DNA of 35,917 nucleotides from a virus. Lineage: Duplodnaviria; Caudoviricetes. The position numbers and the translations under genes were made by a program. The number at the start of each line of letters is the position of its first letter. The first letter of the stretch is position 1. Shown one piece after another: positions 25,927-33,019 of this stretch. The stretch lies in IMG/VR virus record IMGVR_UViG_3300043414_000339, positions 1-35,917 of that record. The stretch is one strand, 5' to 3'. The notes under the pieces were generated by a model, which saw only the letters and a list, made by a program, of their open reading frames with translations, ran no database searches and had not been told where the DNA came from.

Positions 25927-26136
25927 ATGACTTATGAAGTACAAACCTACACCCTTTGCGCTGGCTGGATGAACATTTGGACGGATGATGGCAACACCTT
26001 AGTCACGTTTGAAACCTTTGAAGATGCCCAAAAAGAATTGGACGGATTCCTAAAAGACCAAGCCCATATGGTCGAAATAGGACATCTTGAAGACTTTAGC
26101 CCTGAAGACTACAAAATTGCAGAGGTGACATTTTGA
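25927..26136 (+). CDS. Early acidic hypothetical protein
   Basis: 69 aa; AAGGGGTG RBS; GWMNIWT...FETFEDAQKELD. Confidence 0.75.
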   Translation: MTYEVQTYTLCAGWMNIWTDDGNTLVTFETFEDAQKELDGFLKDQAHMVEIGHLEDFSPEDYKIAEVTF

Positions 26137-26202
26137 TTTATGCCACAGTCGCATTATTGCTTAGGATACTTTTTAGAAAACAAACGTAAAGAGGTGTTAA
26201 AA

Positions 26203-26439
26203 ATGACTACAAAAACAATCAAGCCAGCAGGATATTTTCATATTGAATCATGGGTCGCAGATATGTCCAAATTTGGCAAGCCTGACAAAAAAGCAATGCA
26301 AGCATGGATTCAGGATGCTGAACAGGGAGTCTTTGAGTTTGATTCAATTATTGAAATGTCCAAATTTATGACTAAGACAGGGCAAACAGAAACCCTTTTC
26401 ATACCCTCCCAATTTTTTACAATAGAAGAAATTCATTAA
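26203..26439 (+). CDS. Early hypothetical protein
   Basis: GAGGTG RBS before ATG 26203 (MTTKTIKP...). Confidence 0.7.
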   Translation: MTTKTIKPAGYFHIESWVADMSKFGKPDKKAMQAWIQDAEQGVFEFDSIIEMSKFMTKTGQTETLFIPSQFFTIEEIH

Positions 26440-26459
26440 GTTAGTCAACACTAACATTC

Positions 26460-26481
26460 AGCCGCCTTCGGGCGGTTTTTT
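26460..26481 (+). terminator. Rho-independent terminator
   Basis: AGCCGCC-TTCG-GGCGGTT-TTTT. Confidence 0.85.
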
Positions 26482-26482
26482 C

Positions 26483-26593
26483 TTGCCTACTTTTAAGCCC
26501 TTGCAAGCCCGATCATGTAGGGTATTGAGGGCAAACTAAAATCAAGCCCTGAAAAGTGCCTTTTAAGCCTTTTTAGCCCTATTTTCAAGCCCT
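26483..26593. repeat. Array of (T)n-AAGCCC short repeats
   Basis: AAGCCC or close variants at 26495, 26505, 26544, 26565, 26574, 26587. Confidence 0.55.
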
Positions 26594-26834
26594 AGAGTTC
26601 ATCAGCTATTTCATCGTCAACAAAAAGACAGATCCCGACATGGTTAAGGTCAAAGTCTGGACGCAAACCTACCCGCCAAAAATGTGCCGCCCAACGCACT
26701 GCAAGCCGTGTGCCTTCAGCCACTGAACCATTGCCCATGTGCGCCAATGCTTGTTTTTCCTGTTCAGAGTAGAAAACTACTTGCCCTTTTTTACCCTGCG
26801 GTTTGTGGATGCGCTTTTTTGGCTTCAATTCCAT
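26592..26834 (-). CDS. Hypothetical protein, possibly ribbon-helix-helix-like
   Basis: 80 aa; basic arm, then VVFYSEQEKQAL...GNGSVAEGTRLAV. Confidence 0.65.
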   Translation of the reverse strand: MELKPKKRIHKPQGKKGQVVFYSEQEKQALAHMGNGSVAEGTRLAVRWAAHFWRVGLRPDFDLNHVGICLFVDDEIADEL

Positions 26835-27291
26835 TTATTGTGTGCCTTAAATATTCTGCAATTAGTAGGGCTTCTGCCTTGTTTCCGTCTTTCTTGTACT
26901 TCAGTTTGGCTTCAGGCCATAGGTATCTAGCCATGTCCAATGATTCGTTTTTGTCTGCTGTTAGATGGAAATGCTTTTTCCACTTCTGAGGCGTGACTAG
27001 GTGGACAGGGTATCGAGTCAACTCGCAGACCGCACTAATCACGCCTACAGCCCTTGCAAAATTCCAAGTGCTGGAAAGTCCTTGGTTCGGCATACTGTGC
27101 ACCCTCTCCATACAAATCTCTGCGCCCTCTTTTGGGTCAATTATTGAAAGCAGCCGAGATTTAAAGACCAAGGCGAGAATGTGTTTGTCTTGGTGCTCAA
27201 TGTCAAAACAAGCCACAAAATTGCCGTGGTCATCTACTGCGCCTATTGCGCCGCTTGCCATGCCTGGGTCACAACCCACCCACAAAGTCAT
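26791..27291 (-). CDS. ruvC: RuvC-like Holliday junction resolvase
   Basis: VGCDPG, CMERV, VTPQKWKK and DGNKAEALLIA RNase H-fold motifs. Confidence 0.85.
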   Translation of the reverse strand: MTLWVGCDPGMASGAIGAVDDHGNFVACFDIEHQDKHILALVFKSRLLSIIDPKEGAEICMERVHSMPNQGLSSTWNFARAVGVISAVCELTRYPVHLVTPQKWKKHFHLTADKNESLDMARYLWPEAKLKYKKDGNKAEALLIAEYLRHTINGIEAKKAHPQTAG

Positions 27292-27515
27292 GATTTTTCC
27301 TTTATTTTGTTCAAGAATTCCTCTTGGATGCCACTGTAAAACCCATAAACATCATTCTCCAATTCCTTGACCCTGTGCCAAGCATGATGTTTGAAGCCCT
27401 GAGTTTTCGCCATTGTCAGAAGATGCAATAAGGTCTCTCGGCGATGTGCCTCGAAGGTCGCCGCAAAACCAGAGGGCTTTGGTGACAAGGGCAATGGGGT
27501 GGATTCTGATTCCAT
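27288..27515 (-). CDS. Hypothetical protein (start uncertain)
   Basis: Stop overlaps the ruvC ATG; C-terminal half LLHLLTMAKTQGFKHHAWHRVKEL is protein-like. Confidence 0.5.
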   Translation of the reverse strand: MESESTPLPLSPKPSGFAATFEAHRRETLLHLLTMAKTQGFKHHAWHRVKELENDVYGFYSGIQEEFLNKIKEKS

Positions 27516-27558
27516 CTCTGTGTTCATCAAGTAGTTGGTTTGCTTCAATTCTCGTCAT
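27352..27558 (-). CDS. Hypothetical protein
   Basis: ATGA-coupled to the upstream gene; MTRIEANQLLD...ALWFCGDL. Confidence 0.55.
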   Translation of the reverse strand: MTRIEANQLLDEHRDGIRIHPIALVTKALWFCGDLRGTSPRDLIASSDNGENSGLQTSCLAQGQGIGE

Positions 27559-27998
27559 GTTTTAATCAATCCTAGTGATTCCCTTGCAAATCGCAAAGAA
27601 ATGGGGGTTATTCTGTCTCCAGCTTCATGCCTAGCAATGATGCGCCTAGCCCAATCTTTTGGGTCTTGTTTTCCAGTGCTGACAGACATTCTCAATTTTT
27701 CCATCTCTGCTGCCACTCTGTCTGGCTGTGCTGGCGGCAATGGAAGCATAGGCGGCGTGGGTCTTGGTGCTTTTCGGCAAAGGTTTCGAAACTCAATGAC
27801 ATTTGGAGGTTTTTCAGGAAGGTTGTCCAAAGCCCATGCAACATCATCAAGATGCGGCGTAAAACCGCTTAATTCATGCGCCCAAGCCGTTTTAACGTCT
27901 TCAATAGGGGTTGATTCCCACATTCCATCCCATGACCTTCCATAACTTGCGGCAAGACGTTTAAACAATCTATCAATCACTTTTTCAGGCAACATCAT
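27555..27998 (-). CDS. Replication protein P-like (helicase loader/inhibitor-type)
   Basis: IDRLFKRLAASYG..W...AWAHEL...PPNVIEFRNLCR; directly after the initiator. Confidence 0.6.
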   Translation of the reverse strand: MMLPEKVIDRLFKRLAASYGRSWDGMWESTPIEDVKTAWAHELSGFTPHLDDVAWALDNLPEKPPNVIEFRNLCRKAPRPTPPMLPLPPAQPDRVAAEMEKLRMSVSTGKQDPKDWARRIIARHEAGDRITPISLRFARESLGLIKT

Positions 27999-28849
27999 TT
28001 CAACTCCAAAAAGTTTGACGCTTCAATAATTGCTTTTCTATCGTTTTCAGGCCACTTCTCGCCAGTCATTTCTTCCCATCGTTTTCGCTTCAATTCTTGG
28101 TCACGCTCAAAAAATGACTTATTCGTTTGTTTTGCAGAAATATGCTCAATTTTTGGTTGAAACCACTCTGCCTTGAATGACTGCCAGTTTCTGACAACAA
28201 TTTCCCTTAAAGCGTCTTCAAGTGTGAACCCTGCTTTGTCGGCTTCCTTTTGAATGCCATCAATTACCATCTTGGTGACCTGTGCTTTTTTGCTTTTCCT
28301 GTGGACAACAAAGCTATCCCAAACTTCTTGTGAAACGCCGACAGGCGTAGCAACGACAGTTGCTGTATTCTTAATTGGTTTATGGTTATTGGTTATTGGT
28401 TTATGGTTATTGGTTGCATCGTGGGTGGATGATGTGCCCATCGTGTGTACATGATGTACCCTTAATGTGGACACATATTCATTGTGAGTACCTTCAGTAA
28501 AGTGTTGAATATAAACATCTTTTTCTGCGAACTCTTTTATCTTTGGATTGTCTCGACAGAACGCACCCCATGCTGAAACAGCTTGATGCTCACGAAAAGT
28601 CTTTATTTGGGAGTCTGCTCTGGGGTTGATGAACCCCTTGTCAGTGGATATAAAGAACTCATTGAGGACTGTTAAAACCTCTTGTTCGTTGTCCCTCATG
28701 CCTATCTGACGAGCAATATCCCGCTGCGAAATCGGGTGTTCGTGCAAGTAATAGTGGTCAAGAAGCCGCCTGAAGGCAATGTCTTCTATAAGAGAAAGAT
28801 GGTGCGTGTGTGACTTGTAGTCACCAATATGGAATTGGTAAAAGTGCAT
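27995..28849 (-). CDS. Replication initiator, YdaU/DUF1376 family
   Basis: MHFYQFHIGDYKSHTHHLSLIEDIAFRRLLDHYY signature; internal iteron-like repeats; C-terminal WDSFVVHRK...NWQSFKAEW. Confidence 0.85.
   Translation of the reverse strand: MHFYQFHIGDYKSHTHHLSLIEDIAFRRLLDHYYLHEHPISQRDIARQIGMRDNEQEVLTVLNEFFISTDKGFINPRADSQIKTFREHQAVSAWGAFCRDNPKIKEFAEKDVYIQHFTEGTHNEYVSTLRVHHVHTMGTSSTHDATNNHKPITNNHKPIKNTATVVATPVGVSQEVWDSFVVHRKSKKAQVTKMVIDGIQKEADKAGFTLEDALREIVVRNWQSFKAEWFQPKIEHISAKQTNKSFFERDQELKRKRWEEMTGEKWPENDRKAIIEASNFLELK
28374..28460. repeat. Iteron-like repeats; probable replication origin
   Basis: 2x exact ATTGGTTTATGGTTATTGGTT (28374-28415) plus 2x 22-bp CATCGTG.GT..ATGATGT.CC (28417-28460). 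Confidence 0.6.
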
Positions 28850-28883
28850 TTTCAGACCCAAACTAGACCCAGAAAGGAAACCT

Positions 28884-28937
28884 CGGCAGGAGGGGTCTGT
28901 TCTCTTTTCGATGAGGGGATCAATCCTCATCTAGCCG
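28884..28937 (-). ncRNA. Small three-stem regulatory RNA (C4/CI-antisense-like architecture)
   Basis: CGGCUAG...CUGCCG closing stem, GAUGAGG/CCUCAUC arm, GAAAA linker, GAG/CUC arm whose loop CAGACCC complements GGGUCUG just before the initiator AUG. Confidence 0.55.
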
Positions 28938-28954
28938 TGTTTCGCAACATAATA

Positions 28955-29305
28955 TCACACAAAACTGTTGCTAAACCGACTCTTACAATTTAAGAAGTCT
29001 AAAGCACCCTTACGATGCACAAGGTCTTTCCAGTTTCCTTCCACATACAGTTCATGCGTTGTTCCATTGCTGTGGCGGGGTGAATTCTCTGATTTAGTCT
29101 CAATCAACTTCATCCGACCAGCATTAGTCAAATGCCATAAATCACCAATCTCCACTACGAAACCATTCATCTCAAGGTTTTTCAGATGGGTTGGAGAATG
29201 GTACGAGCCAGGCGAATAAGTATCAGTCGTGGTGAACGAGATGCTGCTTCTAGGGCCATTAGTTAGGCGTTTTAGGGTTTGCAGTTGGGGTATCGACAGT
29301 TTCAT
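28955..29305 (-). CDS. Winged-helix-like hypothetical protein
   Basis: LKNLEMNGFV...WHLTNAGR wing motif; AAGGA RBS. Confidence 0.65.
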   Translation of the reverse strand: MKLSIPQLQTLKRLTNGPRSSISFTTTDTYSPGSYHSPTHLKNLEMNGFVVEIGDLWHLTNAGRMKLIETKSENSPRHSNGTTHELYVEGNWKDLVHRKGALDFLNCKSRFSNSFV

Positions 29306-29453
29306 TGTTTTTCCTTGATTCAATGGATTTGGCTAATAGTTTTCGTAACCAGTTAGCTCCTCCAAGGGTTTTAAACTCATCTCTGAGGCTTTGGGTGACT
29401 CGTACAGCAATTTGAATGCTTGAGCCTGTGATTTCGGATGGGGGTCTTGGCAT
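29259..29453 (-). CDS. Ribbon-helix-helix-like regulator (Cro-position gene)
   Basis: MPRPP...QIAVRVTQSLRDEFKTLGGANWLRKLL; nearly leaderless (TACAAT 9 nt upstream of ATG). Confidence 0.65.
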   Translation of the reverse strand: MPRPPSEITGSSIQIAVRVTQSLRDEFKTLGGANWLRKLLAKSIESRKNNETVDTPTANPKTPN

Positions 29454-29563
29454 AGTGCTAGGATTGTATAGTGTCATACAGTTTGACAATAAGGGAAAGT
29501 CCCTATACCATCACAATCTTATTGTTTGACAATACAGATTCCAACAACTTGAGAGGTGTCCAC
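29454..29563. promoter_or_regulatory. Divergent promoter/switch region
   Basis: Palindrome TGTCATAC-A-GTTTGACA (29472-29488), ATAAGGGAAAGTCCCTAT (29489-29506), second GTTTGACAATA at 29524. Confidence 0.6.
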
Positions 29564-29773
29564 ATGGAGTTCATTGAAGATTTTTACAGCGAGACTTTGG
29601 AGACAGAAGTCAAAGTATTTTTAACTTGGTACGACTATGACGTTGAAACACATTACTTAGACTTTGAGTGGGAAGCCCAAGACGAGACTGGTAAGGATGT
29701 GACAGACGAGATGTCTACTGACGAGCAAGACCAGTGCGAATCCATTGCTCGCAAATACGCCAAGTCCCTATGA
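29564..29773 (+). CDS. Small acidic hypothetical protein
   Basis: GAGGTG RBS; 69 aa, D/E-rich. Confidence 0.75.
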   Translation: MEFIEDFYSETLETEVKVFLTWYDYDVETHYLDFEWEAQDETGKDVTDEMSTDEQDQCESIARKYAKSL

Positions 29774-29964
29774 CCTACGCACAAGCATTTATCAGGGTGT
29801 TGATTCTGGTGGGTTTGTCCATCAGCATTAATGCCCATCTGGAGGCTCGTACAGCCCCTTTAACGCCTTCTGAGATACAAGCCAAGGGCAAGGCAAGGTC
29901 TTTGGAGAAAGCGTGTAAACGGCTTAAACACAAACAAAGGAAAAAATATGATCGACTCTGCTGA
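29770..29964 (+). CDS. Small protein with N-terminal TM/signal and basic tail
   Basis: ATGA coupling; AFIRVLILVGLSISINA. Confidence 0.65.
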   Translation: MTYAQAFIRVLILVGLSISINAHLEARTAPLTPSEIQAKGKARSLEKACKRLKHKQRKKYDRLC

Positions 29965-30151
29965 AGACGAAGCATTTAACGAGATTGAGCGCAAAAGCCT
30001 ATGGCGCAAACGTGCGGTAGAAGCTGCCATCACGCTTAATCCATATCGTGACCAAGTGATTGATGAAGTAGCCGATGCTATTCTGAAGATGGATGGCTTT
30101 GGTAAAGATACACTTGACAGCTTTGTTGTCTATATCAGGGGATTGAAATGA
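29948..30151 (+). CDS. Hypothetical protein
   Basis: AAGGA RBS; EDEAFNEIER...FGKDTLDSFVVYIRGLK. Confidence 0.75.
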   Translation: MIDSAEDEAFNEIERKSLWRKRAVEAAITLNPYRDQVIDEVADAILKMDGFGKDTLDSFVVYIRGLK

Positions 30152-30270
30152 AACCATACGGATATGTCTGGACAAAGGACAAGCATGAACCTAAGTTCTT
30201 CTGGACTGAAAATCCTGCCAAGGAAGTACAAAACCAGTTTGGCGGTGAAATAACGCCAGTCTATAAATAG
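30148..30270 (+). CDS. 40-aa hypothetical protein (not in ORF track)
   Basis: MKPYGYVWTKDKHEPKFFWTENPAKEVQNQFGGEITPVYK; ATGA coupling, AGGGGA RBS. Confidence 0.6.
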   Translation: MKPYGYVWTKDKHEPKFFWTENPAKEVQNQFGGEITPVYK

Positions 30271-30274
30271 AAAC

Positions 30275-30319
30275 ATTAGGGAAATCACCTATATGAATTA
30301 TGATAGCGTCTGACAGAAT
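30275..30319 (+). promoter_or_regulatory. Promoter 3 (TAGGG palindrome + operator + -10)
   Basis: ATTAGGGAAATCACCTAT, 21 nt, CAGAAT; GTCTGACA at 30308. Confidence 0.5.
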
Positions 30320-30350
30320 ACACACATTGATAGGTTTTAAACAGGAGTGA

Positions 30351-30686
30351 ATGATGATTGATATGAAACACGAAACATGGGCAGCACTGCAAGACTTCAC
30401 ACCAGATGACGTAGCAGATGCAATTTGCGATAGCAAAGCTATCCTTGAAGCTATCCTTAGCAACGCCTGGACAGATGTTGCCGACATGGTGAGAGCCAGA
30501 GTTGAACTCAAAGCCTTGCGTATGGCTGAAGTCTCCCTAGAACTGCTAACAACACCTTGGGTTGATGACGAGGAAGAACTTAACGTGTGGCGTTACTACC
30601 GCATGGAGAGATTGCAAGAACAACTGGAAAAAGAAAAAGGCTCAATCCCTACAATCAATCCCTACCAAAAGCGAGGCCAAGAATGA
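30351..30686 (+). CDS. Hypothetical protein
   Basis: 111 aa; AGGAG RBS. Confidence 0.75.
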   Translation: MMIDMKHETWAALQDFTPDDVADAICDSKAILEAILSNAWTDVADMVRARVELKALRMAEVSLELLTTPWVDDEEELNVWRYYRMERLQEQLEKEKGSIPTINPYQKRGQE

Positions 30687-30871
30687 AAACCAAGCTCAAC
30701 CTAGAACGAATTATCAAGGAATGTGCAAATGAAGAATATTGCGCTTACTGCATTGAGCCACGCATGGGATGGGTTTCTTGTTGCGGTGAAAACCACTTTG
30801 TCCTATTTTCAGATTTGGACACCGATAGTCAACTTGACATTGCAGCGGAAATTGCAAGAAAAGAGGGCTAA
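30683..30871 (+). CDS. Small Cys-rich (putative Zn-binding) protein
   Basis: YCAYC...SCCGENHF; GAGG RBS; ATGA coupling. Confidence 0.7.
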   Translation: MKTKLNLERIIKECANEEYCAYCIEPRMGWVSCCGENHFVLFSDLDTDSQLDIAAEIARKEG

Positions 30872-30875
30872 GAAG

Positions 30876-31109
30876 ATGGCATACATAGGCAAATACCAGA
30901 GCATTGCACTGCCATCTAAACCGATCACCGACCCAGAGTTTGGGTATGTGAATGCCGCACAAACCAATGTGGCGCAAACGTGGAAGAAGTTTGAACAAAA
31001 AACAGGAGTAAATGATGATCGACTACGCACCTCTGCTCATACGAATCGAGCAGAACACAAAGAAGCTGTCAGAGAAGTGTCTAAACAAAAGATACGAAGG
31101 ATACAGTAG
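30876..31109 (+). CDS. Hypothetical protein
   Basis: GAGG RBS; ITDPEFGYVNAAQTNVAQTWKKF. Confidence 0.65.
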   Translation: MAYIGKYQSIALPSKPITDPEFGYVNAAQTNVAQTWKKFEQKTGVNDDRLRTSAHTNRAEHKEAVREVSKQKIRRIQ

Positions 31110-31209
31110 CGAAATAGCCCAAATCCATGCCGACCTCACACTGTTGGCAATGTGGATGGTTGCTCAAGAAACAAAAGACATTTTAGATGGCGTATATAGG
31201 AGTGAATGA
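31012..31209 (+). CDS. Hypothetical protein
   Basis: AGGAG RBS; IDYAPLLIRIE; overlaps the previous ORF by 98 nt. Confidence 0.65.
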   Translation: MMIDYAPLLIRIEQNTKKLSEKCLNKRYEGYSSEIAQIHADLTLLAMWMVAQETKDILDGVYRSE

Positions 31210-31826
31210 TGAATAAAGAACAGGTGTTAATGTTGCTCAACAAGAACGTCAATGAGCATACAGAGAAGAAGATGAATTTGACGTATCTTTCTTGGGCTTG
31301 GGCTTGGGCTGAAGCACTGAAAGCAGACCCAGAAGCTGCATACAAGATTGAGATGTTTGGCGACAAGTGTTACATGGACATCAATGGAACAGCAATGGTG
31401 TTTGTCACAGTCACAATGTTTGGCAAACCAATGACTTGCCAACTTCCAGTAATGGATCATCGCAACAAAGCAATCCTTAATCCAGACGCATTTGCTGTCA
31501 ACACTGCCATCATGCGGTGCATGACTAAGGCACTGTCTCTGCATGGCTTGGGCTTGTACATCTATGCTGGTGAAGACTTGCCTGAAAAAGGTGATGTTCC
31601 AATCATTACTGCAAAAGGCGGTATTGGAGAAGATTTGCCAAACGACATTAAGGAATTCTTGATGGAGTTGGCAAGTAGCTGTAAAGAGTTGGTTGACAAT
31701 GGTAAGGCCAAGCAAGCCTATGACCTTATCAAGAGCAATGCACTTGAAGCAGATCAGGAAGTATGGTTATCCACTCAAATGGATTCCACTACAAGAGCAG
31801 CAATCAAAAAATCTAAATCAACTTAA
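31206..31826 (+). CDS. Sak3/DUF1071 (Rad52-like) single-strand annealing protein
   Basis: LTYLSWAWAW...LPVMDHRNKA...RCMTKALSLHGLGLYIYAGEDLP. Confidence 0.85.
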   Translation: MMNKEQVLMLLNKNVNEHTEKKMNLTYLSWAWAWAEALKADPEAAYKIEMFGDKCYMDINGTAMVFVTVTMFGKPMTCQLPVMDHRNKAILNPDAFAVNTAIMRCMTKALSLHGLGLYIYAGEDLPEKGDVPIITAKGGIGEDLPNDIKEFLMELASSCKELVDNGKAKQAYDLIKSNALEADQEVWLSTQMDSTTRAAIKKSKST

Positions 31827-31835
31827 GGTGTAAAT

Positions 31836-32336
31836 ATGGAACTTAACAAAGAATTGTTGAATGAAATATTTCACTATGAGGATGGCAATCTCATCTGGAA
31901 AAAGAAAATTGCTAGAAACACAATTATTGGTAAGGTTGCTGGAAGAACATATGATATTGGATACAAGTCAATAGGCTTATATGGTAAAGAATATATGTCA
32001 CACAGACTGGTTTTTATGTTTCATCATGGATATTTTCCAAAAGAAGTTGACCATATTGATGGCAATAAATCAAACAATAGAATAGAAAATTTACGACCAG
32101 CAACGCATTCTGAAAATTTGAAAAATCAAAAGATAAGAACAAATAATGTTAGCGGTCACAAAAATGTAGGTTGGGCAAAGCGTGAACAAAAATGGAGGGT
32201 TAGATTAACAGTTAACTTTAAAGATAAGCACATTGGTTATTTTTCAGATCGTGAATTGGCTGATTTAGTTGCAATTGAAGCAGCAGATTTGCATCACGGT
32301 AAATTTTCAGCATACAAAGGAGTGTTACATGGATAA
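31836..32336 (+). CDS. HNH homing endonuclease with AP2-like DNA-binding domain
   Basis: HRLVF...VDHIDGNKSNNRIENLR..T.SEN; SGHKNV.W....KWRV...HIGYF; visibly AT-rich. Confidence 0.9.
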   Translation: MELNKELLNEIFHYEDGNLIWKKKIARNTIIGKVAGRTYDIGYKSIGLYGKEYMSHRLVFMFHHGYFPKEVDHIDGNKSNNRIENLRPATHSENLKNQKIRTNNVSGHKNVGWAKREQKWRVRLTVNFKDKHIGYFSDRELADLVAIEAADLHHGKFSAYKGVLHG

Positions 32337-32583
32337 TTTTAGGGACAACTCAGGTGTCTTGTTTAAGAACGACAAGAAAGAAAAAGAATCTCATCCAGAC
32401 TATAAAGGTAATGTGCGGGTTGATGGTCAGGAATACTGGCTGTCAGCATGGATTAAAGAAGGCAAGAACGGAAAGTTCATGGGTCTGGCTCTTAGCCCTA
32501 AAGAAGAACAAGCCCAAGCACCACAAGCTAAGGCCAAGCCTAAAGCTGGCTTTGACGATCTTGACAGCGATTTGCCTTTTTAG
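32329..32583 (+). CDS. Small SSB-like protein
   Basis: NSGVLFKND...PDYKG...YWLSAWIK; acidic FDDLDSDLPF tail; AAGGAG RBS. Confidence 0.75.
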   Translation: MDNFRDNSGVLFKNDKKEKESHPDYKGNVRVDGQEYWLSAWIKEGKNGKFMGLALSPKEEQAQAPQAKAKPKAGFDDLDSDLPF

Positions 32584-32779
32584 AGTTTTACAAAATTAAG
32601 GGGTGAAAGAATTGCATCTTGTATATGTGTGTGTCTGCAATCCCCTTATGTCAATTGCAGACAGTCTGACACAGCCTTCCAAGGCAAAAGGTTAACCGCA
32701 AACCAAATATACTGAGGCGGTGACAGCGGGAGAGACTGCATTTTGAAGTGAGTACCCACTAACTTAACAGGAGTGAAAG

Positions 32780-32998
32780 ATGGAAAGAATTAAAGTTGCT
32801 GAGATTGAAAAAACCTTTCACAGCCCAAACCATAAAAGCAGTTCGACTGCCAAATGCCCTTGGCACAAAGAGATTACGGCAAGCCTTTTAGTTGACCACA
32901 GCAAAGGAATATTTCATTGTATTTCTTGTGGCGTAGAAGGGATGCTAGTGGATGGCACAGACGAGCGCTTCCTTGTTTTACAGAGAGAAGATGTATAA
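32780..32998 (+). CDS. Stand-alone CHC2 zinc-finger protein
   Basis: CPWH.E.TASL.V.....IFHCISCG matches the DnaG zinc-binding domain. Confidence 0.75.
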   Translation: MERIKVAEIEKTFHSPNHKSSSTAKCPWHKEITASLLVDHSKGIFHCISCGVEGMLVDGTDERFLVLQREDV

Positions 32999-33019
32999 CC
33001 TTTTAATTGACAGGAGTGA

